From an uncultured Nitrospirota bacterium (GTDB taxonomy: Bacteria > Nitrospirota > Nitrospiria > SBBL01 > SBBT01), in the NCBI GenBank assembly GCA_964373895.1, contig CAYJWQ010000002.1:8659-68404 (forward strand): 59,746 nucleotides of DNA. The letters run 5' to 3'. A model generated the notes under the pieces. The model worked only from the letters and a program-made list of their open reading frames with translations, did no database searches and had not been told where the DNA came from. Made by a program: the position numbers and the translations under genes. Of the stretch, positions 18,082 to 27,258 are shown piece by piece. Numbering within the stretch: the first letter of the stretch is position 1; the number at the start of each line of letters is the position of its first letter.

Positions 18082-19194
18082 ATGCTTAGTTTGCATGACT
18101 TACTCAAACAGACGGTGGAACGCGGGGCCTCTGATCTTCATCTCTCCACAGGAACGCCGCCGCAGATCCGAGTCAACGGCGATCTCATTCCGATTGATGC
18201 CCCCACCCTGATGCCTGCCGACACAAAGCAGTTGGCCTATAGCGTTCTGACCGACGCCCAGAAGCATCGTTTTGAAGAGGAGAATGAGCTCGATTTCTCC
18301 TTTGGAGTAAAAGGCTTAGGCCGATTCAGGGGAAATTTTTTCATTCAACGCGGGGCGGTCGGCGCGGCGATTAGGGCCATTCATTCCAAGATACAATCGT
18401 TGAAGGAGCTGGGGCTGCCTGCCTCGGTGGTGGGATTGGCAAAAAAACCGAGGGGGTTGATCTTGTGCACGGGCCCCACCGGAAGCGGAAAGTCAACCAC
18501 CCTGGCATCGATGCTTGACTCCATCAATTCAGAACGGCATGTCCATATTATTACGATCGAAGACCCAATTGAGTTTCTTCACGCGCATAAAATGTCGCTG
18601 GTGAATCAGCGGGAGGTTGCTTCGGATACGAAATCGTTTAAGTCCGCCTTAAAGCATATCCTAAGACAAGATCCAGACGTGGTGCTGATTGGTGAAATGC
18701 GGGATATTGAGACGATTGAAGCCGCGCTGACCATTGCGGACACCGGCCATTTAACCCTGGCAACGCTCCATACCAATTCCAGCGCCCAGACCATCCATCG
18801 TATTATCGATGTCTTCCCGCCCTATCAGCAGTCTCAAGTGCGCGCGCAGCTTTCTTTCGTGATGGAGGGGGTGGTTGCGCAGCAGCTCATCCCCAAAATA
18901 GACGGCCATGGGAGGGTCCTCGCGGTGGAGGTGATGATTCCGACGCCTGCCATTCGCAACCTTATCCGCGAGGATAAGGTCCATCAGATTTATTCGGCGA
19001 TGCAGACAGGCCAGGAGAAACATGGAATGATCACGATGAATCAATCTATTTTCGAGCTCTACATGAAACGGCTGATTTCATATGATGAGGCGATTGGGAG
19101 GGCGGGCCAGGTTGAAGAGCTGGTAACAATGATCCATCGGAGCGGTGGGATGCTGCCCCCTCGCGACATCGGAAAGACCGGGAAAGTTCGATAA
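18082..19194 (+). CDS. pilT: type IV pilus twitching-motility ATPase PilT
   Basis: DLLKQTVERGASDLHL..G.PP..RV.G, Walker A GPTGSGKSTT and a typical PilT length. The ATG at 18082 follows the gggagggg SD. Confidence 0.92.
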   Translation: MLSLHDLLKQTVERGASDLHLSTGTPPQIRVNGDLIPIDAPTLMPADTKQLAYSVLTDAQKHRFEEENELDFSFGVKGLGRFRGNFFIQRGAVGAAIRAIHSKIQSLKELGLPASVVGLAKKPRGLILCTGPTGSGKSTTLASMLDSINSERHVHIITIEDPIEFLHAHKMSLVNQREVASDTKSFKSALKHILRQDPDVVLIGEMRDIETIEAALTIADTGHLTLATLHTNSSAQTIHRIIDVFPPYQQSQVRAQLSFVMEGVVAQQLIPKIDGHGRVLAVEVMIPTPAIRNLIREDKVHQIYSAMQTGQEKHGMITMNQSIFELYMKRLISYDEAIGRAGQVEELVTMIHRSGGMLPPRDIGKTGKVR

Positions 19195-19200
19195 ATCGCG

Positions 19201-20415
19201 ATGGCCACGTTCGTTTGGACCGGGAAAACCAGGCAGGGTCTTCCAAGAGAAGGGGAGATGGCCGCAAATCGCCGCGAGGATGTGGCCGGTTTCCTCCGAA
19301 AAGAAGACATCCTGATCACCTCTATCCGACCGAAATCCAAAGAGTGGAAGCCGCCCAGGTTTACAAACAGATTTACAAAGAAAATCAGCAACAGGGACGT
19401 TGCTATTTTTAGCAGGCAGTTCTCCAGCATGATCGATGCGGGTTTGCCGCTGGTGCAATGTCTTGAAATCCTCTCCAGTCAATCGGACAACCCCACCTTT
19501 TCCAGTGTGATCGCGGAGACAAAGATCGCAGTGGAAGGGGGGGCGACCTTTTCCGACGCCCTTCAAAAACACCCTGAAATATTTAACGCGATGTACGTGA
19601 ATATGATGGCGGCAGGCGAGGCGAGTGGCAATCTGGATGTCATATCCAAACGACTGGCCCTGCATACTGAAAAACTGATCAAGCTCAAGCAGAAGGTAAA
19701 GTCTTCTATGATCTATCCCTCTGTCGTTATCGGGGTGGCCATGGTGGTCACCACGATTCTACTCGTTTGGGTTGTTCCGATCTTTGCTGGAATGTACACA
19801 GACTATGGCGGAACCCTTCCATGGCTCACACAGTGGTTGATCCATGTGAGCCATTTTTTGCGGGGTTACTTTATCCTGATTGTCATCGGACTATTCCTTA
19901 CGGGCGGCGCCCTCAAAAGATATGGTAAAACCGATCATGGCCGCATGAAGATTGAGAGACTGGCGTTGGGGATTCCCGTTGTCAGAGAAATTGTGATCAA
20001 GATTGCGGTGGCCAAGTTTTCTCGAACCCTGGGGACATTGATTGCCAGCGGGGTGCCCATTTTGGAGGGAATGGGCATTGCGGCAAAGACATGTGACATC
20101 AGGGTAATGGAGCAGGCGGTGTTCAAGATAAGGCAGGATGTTTCCGAAGGGAAGACGATTGCGGAGCCGCTTGGCAAAGAGCCGCTCTTCCCAAAGATGG
20201 TTGTTCAAATGATTGCGGTTGGAGAAACGACGGGGAGCCTGGATGTGATGTTGAACAAGGCGGCGGATTTCTACGAAGACGATGTGGATGCCGCCATCAC
20301 CATGTTTACAGCCTTGCTGGAACCGGCGCTGATGGTCTTTGTGGGGTTGACCATCGGGACCATTGTTATTGCAATCTGCCTCCCGATATTCAAGATGGCT
20401 GCGCTGATCGGATAA
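19201..20415 (+). CDS. pilC: type IV pilus inner-membrane platform protein PilC (GspF family)
   Basis: 404 aa with two GspF-type repeats and three TM segments. Confidence 0.9.
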   Translation: MATFVWTGKTRQGLPREGEMAANRREDVAGFLRKEDILITSIRPKSKEWKPPRFTNRFTKKISNRDVAIFSRQFSSMIDAGLPLVQCLEILSSQSDNPTFSSVIAETKIAVEGGATFSDALQKHPEIFNAMYVNMMAAGEASGNLDVISKRLALHTEKLIKLKQKVKSSMIYPSVVIGVAMVVTTILLVWVVPIFAGMYTDYGGTLPWLTQWLIHVSHFLRGYFILIVIGLFLTGGALKRYGKTDHGRMKIERLALGIPVVREIVIKIAVAKFSRTLGTLIASGVPILEGMGIAAKTCDIRVMEQAVFKIRQDVSEGKTIAEPLGKEPLFPKMVVQMIAVGETTGSLDVMLNKAADFYEDDVDAAITMFTALLEPALMVFVGLTIGTIVIAICLPIFKMAALIG

Positions 20416-20502
20416 CCAGTCTGGGAGGTTCCCTGTAACTGTCTCATAATCATATCTAAAACATGTAAATTGTATTATGAGACCGTTAATAAGAGAGATT
20501 TT

Positions 20503-22200
20503 ATGAGAATCGAGCAGAGGGTCATTCTTGAGAGAATGAAGTGGCTCATGGTATGGCGGGTGGTCCTGGTGACGTTTCTGCTTGGTTTTCCGCTTCTCCT
20601 GCAACTTGATTTTCTGAAGAATACCTGGTCGCTTTTTACCTTCTATTTTCTCATTGCCGCCACCTATTTCCTGACGATTGTCTATATCTTTTTTATGAAA
20701 CGGGTTAAAAATACCGCCCTCTTTACCGGGTTGCAGCTTGCCATTGATCTGATATTTGAAACTGCCCTCGTGATGGTGTCGGGAGGGATTGAAAGCCCGT
20801 TCCCCTTTCTCTATATTATTACGATTGTCTCCGGAAGCATCTTTTTTCAGCAGGTAGGCGGGGTGTTGACCGCCGCGGGTGCGACCCTATGTTTTGGGGC
20901 CATGGCCAACGTCCAGTACGCCCAATGGGCGCCCGCCCTCTCCGTGCTGACAGACAAAGAATTTGTTTACATGCTGTTGCTTTACATGATTACTTTTTTT
21001 ACCGTCGGGATTTTAAGCGGACGGCTTTCAGAGCGGCTATACAAAAAAGAGATTGATTTTCTCGATCTTCGCATTTTTCATGAAAATATTGTCCAAAGCA
21101 TTCCGAGCGGGTTGATCACGACAGATTTAGCGGGCAAGATGACCTCTTTTAACCAGGCCGCCGAGCAGATGACAGGTTTTCGGCCCGAGGAGGCGATTGG
21201 GGAAATTTGGTGGAGGCTTTTTTCCTGGGAGGAGATCAAAAGCCGTTATCGCGACCTTGTCCTTGCCGGTGTGGCGCAACGCTTTGAGGGGGAGATTAAA
21301 AACAAAAGAGGCGAGCGTTGTCTGTTGGGGGTGACGATTTCCATATTACGCAATGAACGGGGGGGACAAATTGGGGTGATCGCTATTTTTCAGGATTTAA
21401 CCCAGCTTAAGAATCTGGAGATGGAGATGCATAAGAAAGACCGACTGGCCATAATTGGTGAAATGGCGGCGGGAATGGCCCATGAAATCCGCAATCCACT
21501 CGCCTCTATAAGCGGTTCCATTCAGGTGCTAAAAAGGGGGCTTGCCCTGGACGATGAAAATCGCGGGCTGATGGAGATTGCGGAGAATGAAACAGAGCGG
21601 TTAAACGCGATTATCACCCAGTTCCTGCTTTACGCGAAGCCGCTGCCGCCCAGACGTAAATGGGTCGATCTTCATGCCCTTTTGTCCGAGACCGTCCAGC
21701 TTCTTAAAAATAGGCCCCAGGAGCATGTTAATGTGGTCCTCTTCATTGATGCCCAACCGCTTATGCTGTTCATTGACCCCGAACAGATCAAGCAGGTTTT
21801 CTGGAACCTGTCTATCAATGCGGTTGAAGCGATGGCGCATGGGGGTACGCTTTCCATTGCAACGCGGCTGGTTTCATCCAAAAAGGTTTCATCCGACACG
21901 CAGGCAGGGCTTGTGGAAATCAGCTTTAAAGATACGGGGGAGGGGATTCGGAAAGAGGACCTTCCAAAGATTTTTTACCCGTTTTTTACAACCAAGAGTT
22001 CCGGTTCCGGCCTGGGGCTGCCGATCGTCCAACGTGTGATTGAGGAGCATTTTGGAAAGGTGGATGTGGAGAGCGGGCCGACGGGCGCCTCCTTCCTGAT
22101 CTATCTTCCGCTTGAGGTCTCTTCGGGATATGGCCTTGCTTCCGCAGAAGCGGTCGCAAGCGGTGACAAACGGGAGCCCCTTACAGAAACGCCGGGTTGA
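20503..22200 (+). CDS. pilS: PilS-like membrane sensor histidine kinase (multi-TM, PAS, HisKA, HATPase)
   Basis: N-terminal polytopic region, a PAS domain, the H-box AAGMAHEIRNPL and GSGLGLPIV. Its position between pilC and the sigma54 regulator fits PilS. ATG at 20503. Confidence 0.8.
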   Translation: MRIEQRVILERMKWLMVWRVVLVTFLLGFPLLLQLDFLKNTWSLFTFYFLIAATYFLTIVYIFFMKRVKNTALFTGLQLAIDLIFETALVMVSGGIESPFPFLYIITIVSGSIFFQQVGGVLTAAGATLCFGAMANVQYAQWAPALSVLTDKEFVYMLLLYMITFFTVGILSGRLSERLYKKEIDFLDLRIFHENIVQSIPSGLITTDLAGKMTSFNQAAEQMTGFRPEEAIGEIWWRLFSWEEIKSRYRDLVLAGVAQRFEGEIKNKRGERCLLGVTISILRNERGGQIGVIAIFQDLTQLKNLEMEMHKKDRLAIIGEMAAGMAHEIRNPLASISGSIQVLKRGLALDDENRGLMEIAENETERLNAIITQFLLYAKPLPPRRKWVDLHALLSETVQLLKNRPQEHVNVVLFIDAQPLMLFIDPEQIKQVFWNLSINAVEAMAHGGTLSIATRLVSSKKVSSDTQAGLVEISFKDTGEGIRKEDLPKIFYPFFTTKSSGSGLGLPIVQRVIEEHFGKVDVESGPTGASFLIYLPLEVSSGYGLASAEAVASGDKREPLTETPG

Positions 22201-22218
22201 TTTTTACGAAGAGGTAAT

Positions 22219-23619
22219 ATGGAAAGGATACTGATTGTTGACAACGAGAAGGGGATGCGCGATTTCCTGTCTATTTTTCTAAGAAAAGAAGGCTATGTCG
22301 TAGAGGCCGCGGAAAATGGAGAGCGTGCCTTAAAAGTTCTGGAGAAAGATATTTTCGATCTGGTGATTACCGATATTAAAATGCCTGGGATGAGCGGACT
22401 GGATCTGCTTTCGGCCGTAAAGAGGATTTCGCCGGAGACGATGACGGTGATGATGACGGCGTTTGCATCTACGGAAACGGCCATTGAGGCGATGAAGGAA
22501 GGGGCCTCGGACTACCTGACGAAGCCGTTTCAGATTGAAGAGATCAGGCTTCGGATTCAAAATGTGTTGGAGCGGAGGAAACTTCATCGAGAAAATGTTC
22601 AGTTGAGGAAGACGCTGCATGAGGGCACCACACAGATTATCGGAAAAAGTGAGAAGATAAGGGCGGTTCTGGATCTGGTAGAAAGGGTGGCGGATAGCAA
22701 GAGCAGCGTCCTCATTTATGGAGAATCCGGCACCGGAAAGGAGCTGATTGCGCGCGCCATTCACGCGGGAAGCTCCCGACGGGATGATCCCTTTGTTTCG
22801 ATCAACTGCAGCGCCCTTCCCGAGGGATTATTAGAGAGTGAGCTGTTTGGCCATGTGAAAGGGGCTTTTACGGGGGCGATTGTGAATAAAGAGGGTCTTT
22901 TTGAGGTGGCCCATGGAGGAAGCCTCTTTTTGGATGAAATTGGCGAGACCCCAAAATCGATTCAGGTCAAACTGCTTCGGGTTCTTCAGGAGAAAGAATT
23001 CCGCAGGGTGGGCGGAACCAAAAACATTCAGGTGGACGTTCGAATCATCGCCGCGACCCATCAAGACCTTGAACGGCTGGTATCCGAAGGAAGTTTTCGC
23101 GAAGATCTTTATTACCGCCTGGATGTGATTCCGATTGCGCTGCCACCCCTGCGGGAGAGGCCGGAAGACATCCCACTCCTGCTTGATTTTTTCATTCAGA
23201 AATTTAATCGAAAATTAGGAAAAAAAATCGAAGGGGTCGATTACGAGGCAGCCCATTTTTTAATGGGCCAGGAGTGGAAAGGCAATGTGCGAGAATTGGA
23301 GAATGTTATGGAGCGGGCGATTGCCCTGGCGCCCCAGCCGATGCTCACTCTCTCGGATTTTAGCGGGGGGCTGGCCAGGAAAGGACAGGCGATCCCCGCT
23401 CCGATTGTGATTCCACAGGGGGGGGTAGACCTGGAAGCCCTTATCGGGAACATTGAGAAGGAGTTGCTCGTTAAGGCGTTACAAGAAACCCATTGGGTAA
23501 AGAAGGAGGCGGCCAAACTGCTCCATATTGATTTCAGGTCGTTTAGGTATCGCCTCGAGAAATATGGCGTTAAACGCAGAAAAATAGCAGAGCCCACCCA
23601 GCCGGATCATCCCGTATAA
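22219..23619 (+). CDS. pilR: sigma54-dependent response regulator (PilR/NtrC family)
   Basis: Receiver domain, AAA+ domain (GESGTGKE, GAFTGA, ESELFGH) and a C-terminal HTH. Confidence 0.88.
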   Translation: MERILIVDNEKGMRDFLSIFLRKEGYVVEAAENGERALKVLEKDIFDLVITDIKMPGMSGLDLLSAVKRISPETMTVMMTAFASTETAIEAMKEGASDYLTKPFQIEEIRLRIQNVLERRKLHRENVQLRKTLHEGTTQIIGKSEKIRAVLDLVERVADSKSSVLIYGESGTGKELIARAIHAGSSRRDDPFVSINCSALPEGLLESELFGHVKGAFTGAIVNKEGLFEVAHGGSLFLDEIGETPKSIQVKLLRVLQEKEFRRVGGTKNIQVDVRIIAATHQDLERLVSEGSFREDLYYRLDVIPIALPPLRERPEDIPLLLDFFIQKFNRKLGKKIEGVDYEAAHFLMGQEWKGNVRELENVMERAIALAPQPMLTLSDFSGGLARKGQAIPAPIVIPQGGVDLEALIGNIEKELLVKALQETHWVKKEAAKLLHIDFRSFRYRLEKYGVKRRKIAEPTQPDHPV

Positions 23620-23627
23620 AAGCCCAT

Positions 23628-24494
23628 ATGATCACCCTCAAGGCCCCCGCAAAGATCAATCTATTTCTTAAGATATTCAACCGACGGGACGATGGCTATC
23701 ATCATATTGTCTCTCTCCTGCAGATGGTCGGTCTCTATGATATTTTAACATTTAAGGAGAGACCGTCCGGCATCCATTTTGATGTCAGTGGGATGCCTTA
23801 TGATCGCTCCAACCTGGCGATGGCCGCCGCAGAGCTGCTTCAAAAAGAGGTAGATGCCGATGCTGTGAAAGGGGCGGCTATCTCCTTGACCAAACATATT
23901 CCGATTTCAGCGGGGCTTGGGGGAGGAAGCAGCGATGCGGCCGCAACGCTCATCGGTTTAAATCGCCTCTGGTCGCTTCGATGGCCAAAAGAGCGGTTAG
24001 CCAAAATTGGCGCAAAACTGGGAAGCGATGTCCCGTTCTTCTTTTATGGCCCCACGGCCTGGGTGTCAGGCCGTGGGGAAATTGTGGAACCGATCGACCC
24101 AGTCTTACAGGGGTGGACCGTTCTGGTGAATCCCGGGTTATCTATTTCCACGGCGTGGGCCTACGAACAGTTCTCAAAAATGGAGTTGACAAAAAAAGGG
24201 TCAGATATTACTATGACCAGTTTCAATTATAAAAGGCCGACACTGGAGAAGCTGATCGGGAAGCCCTGTAACGACTTAGAAAAAGCGACCTTGGTGGCGA
24301 TCCCCTCTCTTAAGGCGATTAAAAGGGATCTGGGGGCGTTGGGTGGAGAAGGGGTGCTGATGTCAGGGAGCGGGTCGACGCTGTTTGCCCTTTTTGATAC
24401 GTATGATCTGGCGAAAAAGGCTGCTTTGGAAATTCGTAAAAAAAGGGGGGGGCAGGCTTGGGTGGCGAAGGTGTTAAGGCGGACCCCATTTTAA
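23628..24494 (+). CDS. ispE: 4-diphosphocytidyl-2-C-methyl-D-erythritol kinase
   Basis: APAKINLFL...GYH and the GHMP kinase motif GLGGGSSDAA. Confidence 0.93.
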   Translation: MITLKAPAKINLFLKIFNRRDDGYHHIVSLLQMVGLYDILTFKERPSGIHFDVSGMPYDRSNLAMAAAELLQKEVDADAVKGAAISLTKHIPISAGLGGGSSDAAATLIGLNRLWSLRWPKERLAKIGAKLGSDVPFFFYGPTAWVSGRGEIVEPIDPVLQGWTVLVNPGLSISTAWAYEQFSKMELTKKGSDITMTSFNYKRPTLEKLIGKPCNDLEKATLVAIPSLKAIKRDLGALGGEGVLMSGSGSTLFALFDTYDLAKKAALEIRKKRGGQAWVAKVLRRTPF

Positions 24495-24564
24495 GTCAGT
24501 CGGCCACCGGAAGATGAGGAAACGGCCGGAATTTTCAATATCATCGTTACCTATGCGCATCCCT

Positions 24565-24639
24565 TGGGGCGTCGACAAGCGGCAAGTCACGAGATTTTGG
24601 ATCTCGCATTCCCAGGTTCGAATCCTGGCGCCCCAGCCA
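24565..24639 (+). tRNA. tRNA-Gln (anticodon UUG), CCA encoded
   Basis: Cloverleaf folded by hand: tggggcg/cgcccca acceptor, 3-bp D stem, anticodon loop ttTTGga, T arm ccagg ttcgaat cctgg. It closely parallels E. coli tRNA-Gln. Confidence 0.93.
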
Positions 24640-24674
24640 ACATGAGTGCCAACCAACATGAGTGAAGGAGGGTC

Positions 24675-25613
24675 ATGCCTCGGCTAAAACTTTTTACGGG
24701 AAATTCAAATCCGGCCTTAGCGAAAGAGATCTGCGACTACTTGGGCGTTTCTTTGGGTCAGTCGACGGTATCGACCTTTAGTGATGGGGAAGTCCTGGTC
24801 AAAATCGACGAGAACGTCCGCGGGAGCGTCGTCTTCTTGGTGCAGTCGTTGTCGGAGCCGGTCAATAACCATATTATGGAGTTATTGATCATGATTGACG
24901 CCCTAAAACGGGCCTCTGTCAAGGAGATTATTGCCGTGATTCCCTATTATGGCTATGCGCGTCAGGATCGAAAAGACCAGCCGCGCGTGCCGATTACGGC
25001 GAGATTGGTGGCCGATATTATTGCTACGGCGGGGGCGCATCGGGTATTGACCACGGACCTTCATACCGGGCAGATTCAGGGCTTCTTTAATATCCCGGTG
25101 GATCATATTTACGCAACCCCTGTTTTGTTGGACTACTTTCGAAAAAAGAAATTCGATGACCTGGTCATCGTGTCGCCCGATGCGGGGGGGGTCGAGCGGG
25201 CGCGGGCCTTTGCAAAGAGGATGAACGTTGGATTGGCCATCATTGATAAACGGAGAGAAGGGCCCAATCGCACCAAGATCATGAATATCATCGGCGATGT
25301 GGTTCGTCGGGATGTCCTCCTCCTCGATGACATGATTGATACGGCGGGAACGATTGCCCTGGCCGCGGTGGCCATCAAGGCGAAAGGTTCAGGCCGTATT
25401 TTGGCAGGTTGCACCCATCCGGTTCTTTCGGGTCCGGCGTTAGAGCGGTTAAATGAGGCCCCCATCGAAGAGCTGGTCGTGACCAATACCATCCCCCTAA
25501 AGGGGAAGGAAGATATCTGCAAAAAGATTTCCGTCTTGTCGGTGGCGTCCCTGCTCGGAGAGGCCATCAAGAGAATCTACGAGGAGAAATCGCTTAGCTC
25601 CCTTTTTGTATAA
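24675..25613 (+). CDS. prs: ribose-phosphate pyrophosphokinase
   Basis: LFTGNSNP.LA..I, YYGYARQDRK and DLH..QIQGFF motifs. Confidence 0.96.
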   Translation: MPRLKLFTGNSNPALAKEICDYLGVSLGQSTVSTFSDGEVLVKIDENVRGSVVFLVQSLSEPVNNHIMELLIMIDALKRASVKEIIAVIPYYGYARQDRKDQPRVPITARLVADIIATAGAHRVLTTDLHTGQIQGFFNIPVDHIYATPVLLDYFRKKKFDDLVIVSPDAGGVERARAFAKRMNVGLAIIDKRREGPNRTKIMNIIGDVVRRDVLLLDDMIDTAGTIALAAVAIKAKGSGRILAGCTHPVLSGPALERLNEAPIEELVVTNTIPLKGKEDICKKISVLSVASLLGEAIKRIYEEKSLSSLFV

Positions 25614-25676
25614 TGGGGTTTTCTTTGCGTTTCTGCTGCGTTAGTAAGGATCAATCACTGAATTTAAGGAGAGGGT

Positions 25677-26384
25677 ATGAGAAAGATGGCAATTTGCGGC
25701 GAACTTCGCACGCAACGGGGAAAAGGGGCGGCGCGTCAGTTAAGGGGAACGGACAAGATTCCTGGGATTATTTATAGCGCGGGCGCCTCCACCCCGTTAT
25801 CCTTGGACCCCAAAGAACTGGGTAAACTCCTGCACGCGGGAGGAAATACGCTGATCACACTGAACATCCAGGGAGAAGAGGGTTCCCGTTTGGCGATCCT
25901 GCGCGATGTTCAGCGCGATCCGATTCATGGGAAGATCCTGCATGCGGACCTTTTTGAAATTTCGATGAACACCCCCATTGTGGTGAAGGTGTCGGTCGAG
26001 GTGGTGGGGGGAACCCCCCTTGGCGTGAAGGAGGGAGGGAGCCTGCAACATAACTTGAGGGAACTTGAAATCCGTTGCCTCCCGTCCGTTATTCCGGACC
26101 ATATCCAAATAGACGCCTCTCCCCTGAAGATCGGACAGGCGGTGCATGTAAAAGAGATCCCATTGGATGCGGGCATTGAGATGATGACGGATAAGGAGCA
26201 AGTCGCCGTTTCCGTGATTGCGCCGATTACCGAGGCAAAGCTCGAGGCGTTGCTCGCGACGGCCCCCAAGGAGACCAAGGAGCCGGAGGTCCTTACCAAG
26301 AAGGAATCGGAGGAGCCCGAGAAGGGTGAGGGGAAGGTAGAGGCGAAAGAGGCGAAAGGAAAGGAAGAAAAACCCAAGAAATAG
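25677..26384 (+). CDS. rplY: 50S ribosomal protein L25/general stress protein Ctc with a Lys/Glu-rich tail
   Basis: R...GKGAARQLR....IPGIIY motif and the conserved prs-ctc-pth order. Confidence 0.9.
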   Translation: MRKMAICGELRTQRGKGAARQLRGTDKIPGIIYSAGASTPLSLDPKELGKLLHAGGNTLITLNIQGEEGSRLAILRDVQRDPIHGKILHADLFEISMNTPIVVKVSVEVVGGTPLGVKEGGSLQHNLRELEIRCLPSVIPDHIQIDASPLKIGQAVHVKEIPLDAGIEMMTDKEQVAVSVIAPITEAKLEALLATAPKETKEPEVLTKKESEEPEKGEGKVEAKEAKGKEEKPKK

Positions 26385-26409
26385 CTGTTGTGGATTGTTA
26401 AACCACGCT

Positions 26410-26985
26410 GTGAAATTAATTGTAGGATTGGGAAATCCAGGGAAGGAATACGAGGAGACAAAACATAATGTCGGTTTCTGGGTCGTCGATTCTTTTGGGA
26501 TGCGGCATGACGTTCCCCTTTCTGGAAAACGAGGAGAAGCGAAGACCGGAAGGGGATGTTGGACGATCTCCGATGAAAAGGTTGATTACGTTTTAGCGAA
26601 GCCGCAAACCTTTATGAATCGCAGCGGCCAATCTGTTGTCCGACTGCTTCAGATTTTTGATATTCCCGTGTCTGATGTTATTTTAGTGGTGGACGATCTT
26701 GATCTTGAATGTGGCCAGATCCGTGTAAAGACGAAAGGGCGCGCAGGGGGGCATCGTGGCGTCGCCTCAATTATCGAGGCGGTGGGCTCTGACGGGTTTC
26801 TGCGTCTTAAGGTTGGGATTGGAAGAGATCCGCAGCAAGACCCTGCCGATTATGTCCTGACCCCCTTTCCCGACGGCGACAAGGAGAGGATTCTCGAGGG
26901 GGTTAAAAAAGGGGTTGAGGCCTTGGGCCTTCTCCTCTGCGGGGGAGTTTCGGAAGCAATGAATCGGTTCCATCGGCATGGATAG
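26410..26985 (+). CDS. pth: peptidyl-tRNA hydrolase
   Basis: VKLIVGLGNPG..Y..T.HN.GF motif. I prefer the GTG at 26410 to the upstream TTG at 26395 because of the family N-terminus. Confidence 0.9.
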   Translation: MKLIVGLGNPGKEYEETKHNVGFWVVDSFGMRHDVPLSGKRGEAKTGRGCWTISDEKVDYVLAKPQTFMNRSGQSVVRLLQIFDIPVSDVILVVDDLDLECGQIRVKTKGRAGGHRGVASIIEAVGSDGFLRLKVGIGRDPQQDPADYVLTPFPDGDKERILEGVKKGVEALGLLLCGGVSEAMNRFHRHG

Positions 26986-26987
26986 GG

Positions 26988-27140
26988 CCCACGATAAAAT
27001 AAGTGGCGCAGATCAGGGCGTCGAGACGCCCGCCCGGCAAGGCGCGAGGAGCGCGCATACCTTTTGGTATGTAAGCGACAAGCAACGTAGCAGGGTGGGA
27101 TGGATCGGCGGCTTGAATGCGATAGGTATTTTGTCGCGGG
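26988..27140 (+). repeat. 153-bp multi-hairpin element with terminal inverted repeats and a central catacc-tttt-ggtatg hairpin; possibly a divergent relative of the 8395/17612 element
   Basis: cccacgataaaataagtggcgc (26988-27009) pairs imperfectly with gcgataggtattttgtcgcggg (27119-27140). The central hairpin lies at the midpoint. The core gcgaggagcgcgca-tac resembles ccgaggagaccgcaacgtac of copy 1. Confidence 0.45.
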
Positions 27141-27258
27141 CCTATAACGGCGCAAAAAGAGGGGTACTTCAAGAAACAGGGTGTGGTCGTCCGCTGTCTC
27201 GTTCTGTCGGAATATTTTATTCCTGCCGTCCCCCATGTCGGTTGTTCTGCAGAGAAAT

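Noticed and set aside
19891-20604. 237-aa minus-strand ORF, plus 19078-19665 (195 aa), antisense to pilC
   Set aside because: They are fully embedded antisense to a confidently identified GspF-family gene. They are His/Arg-rich with no recognisable domains.
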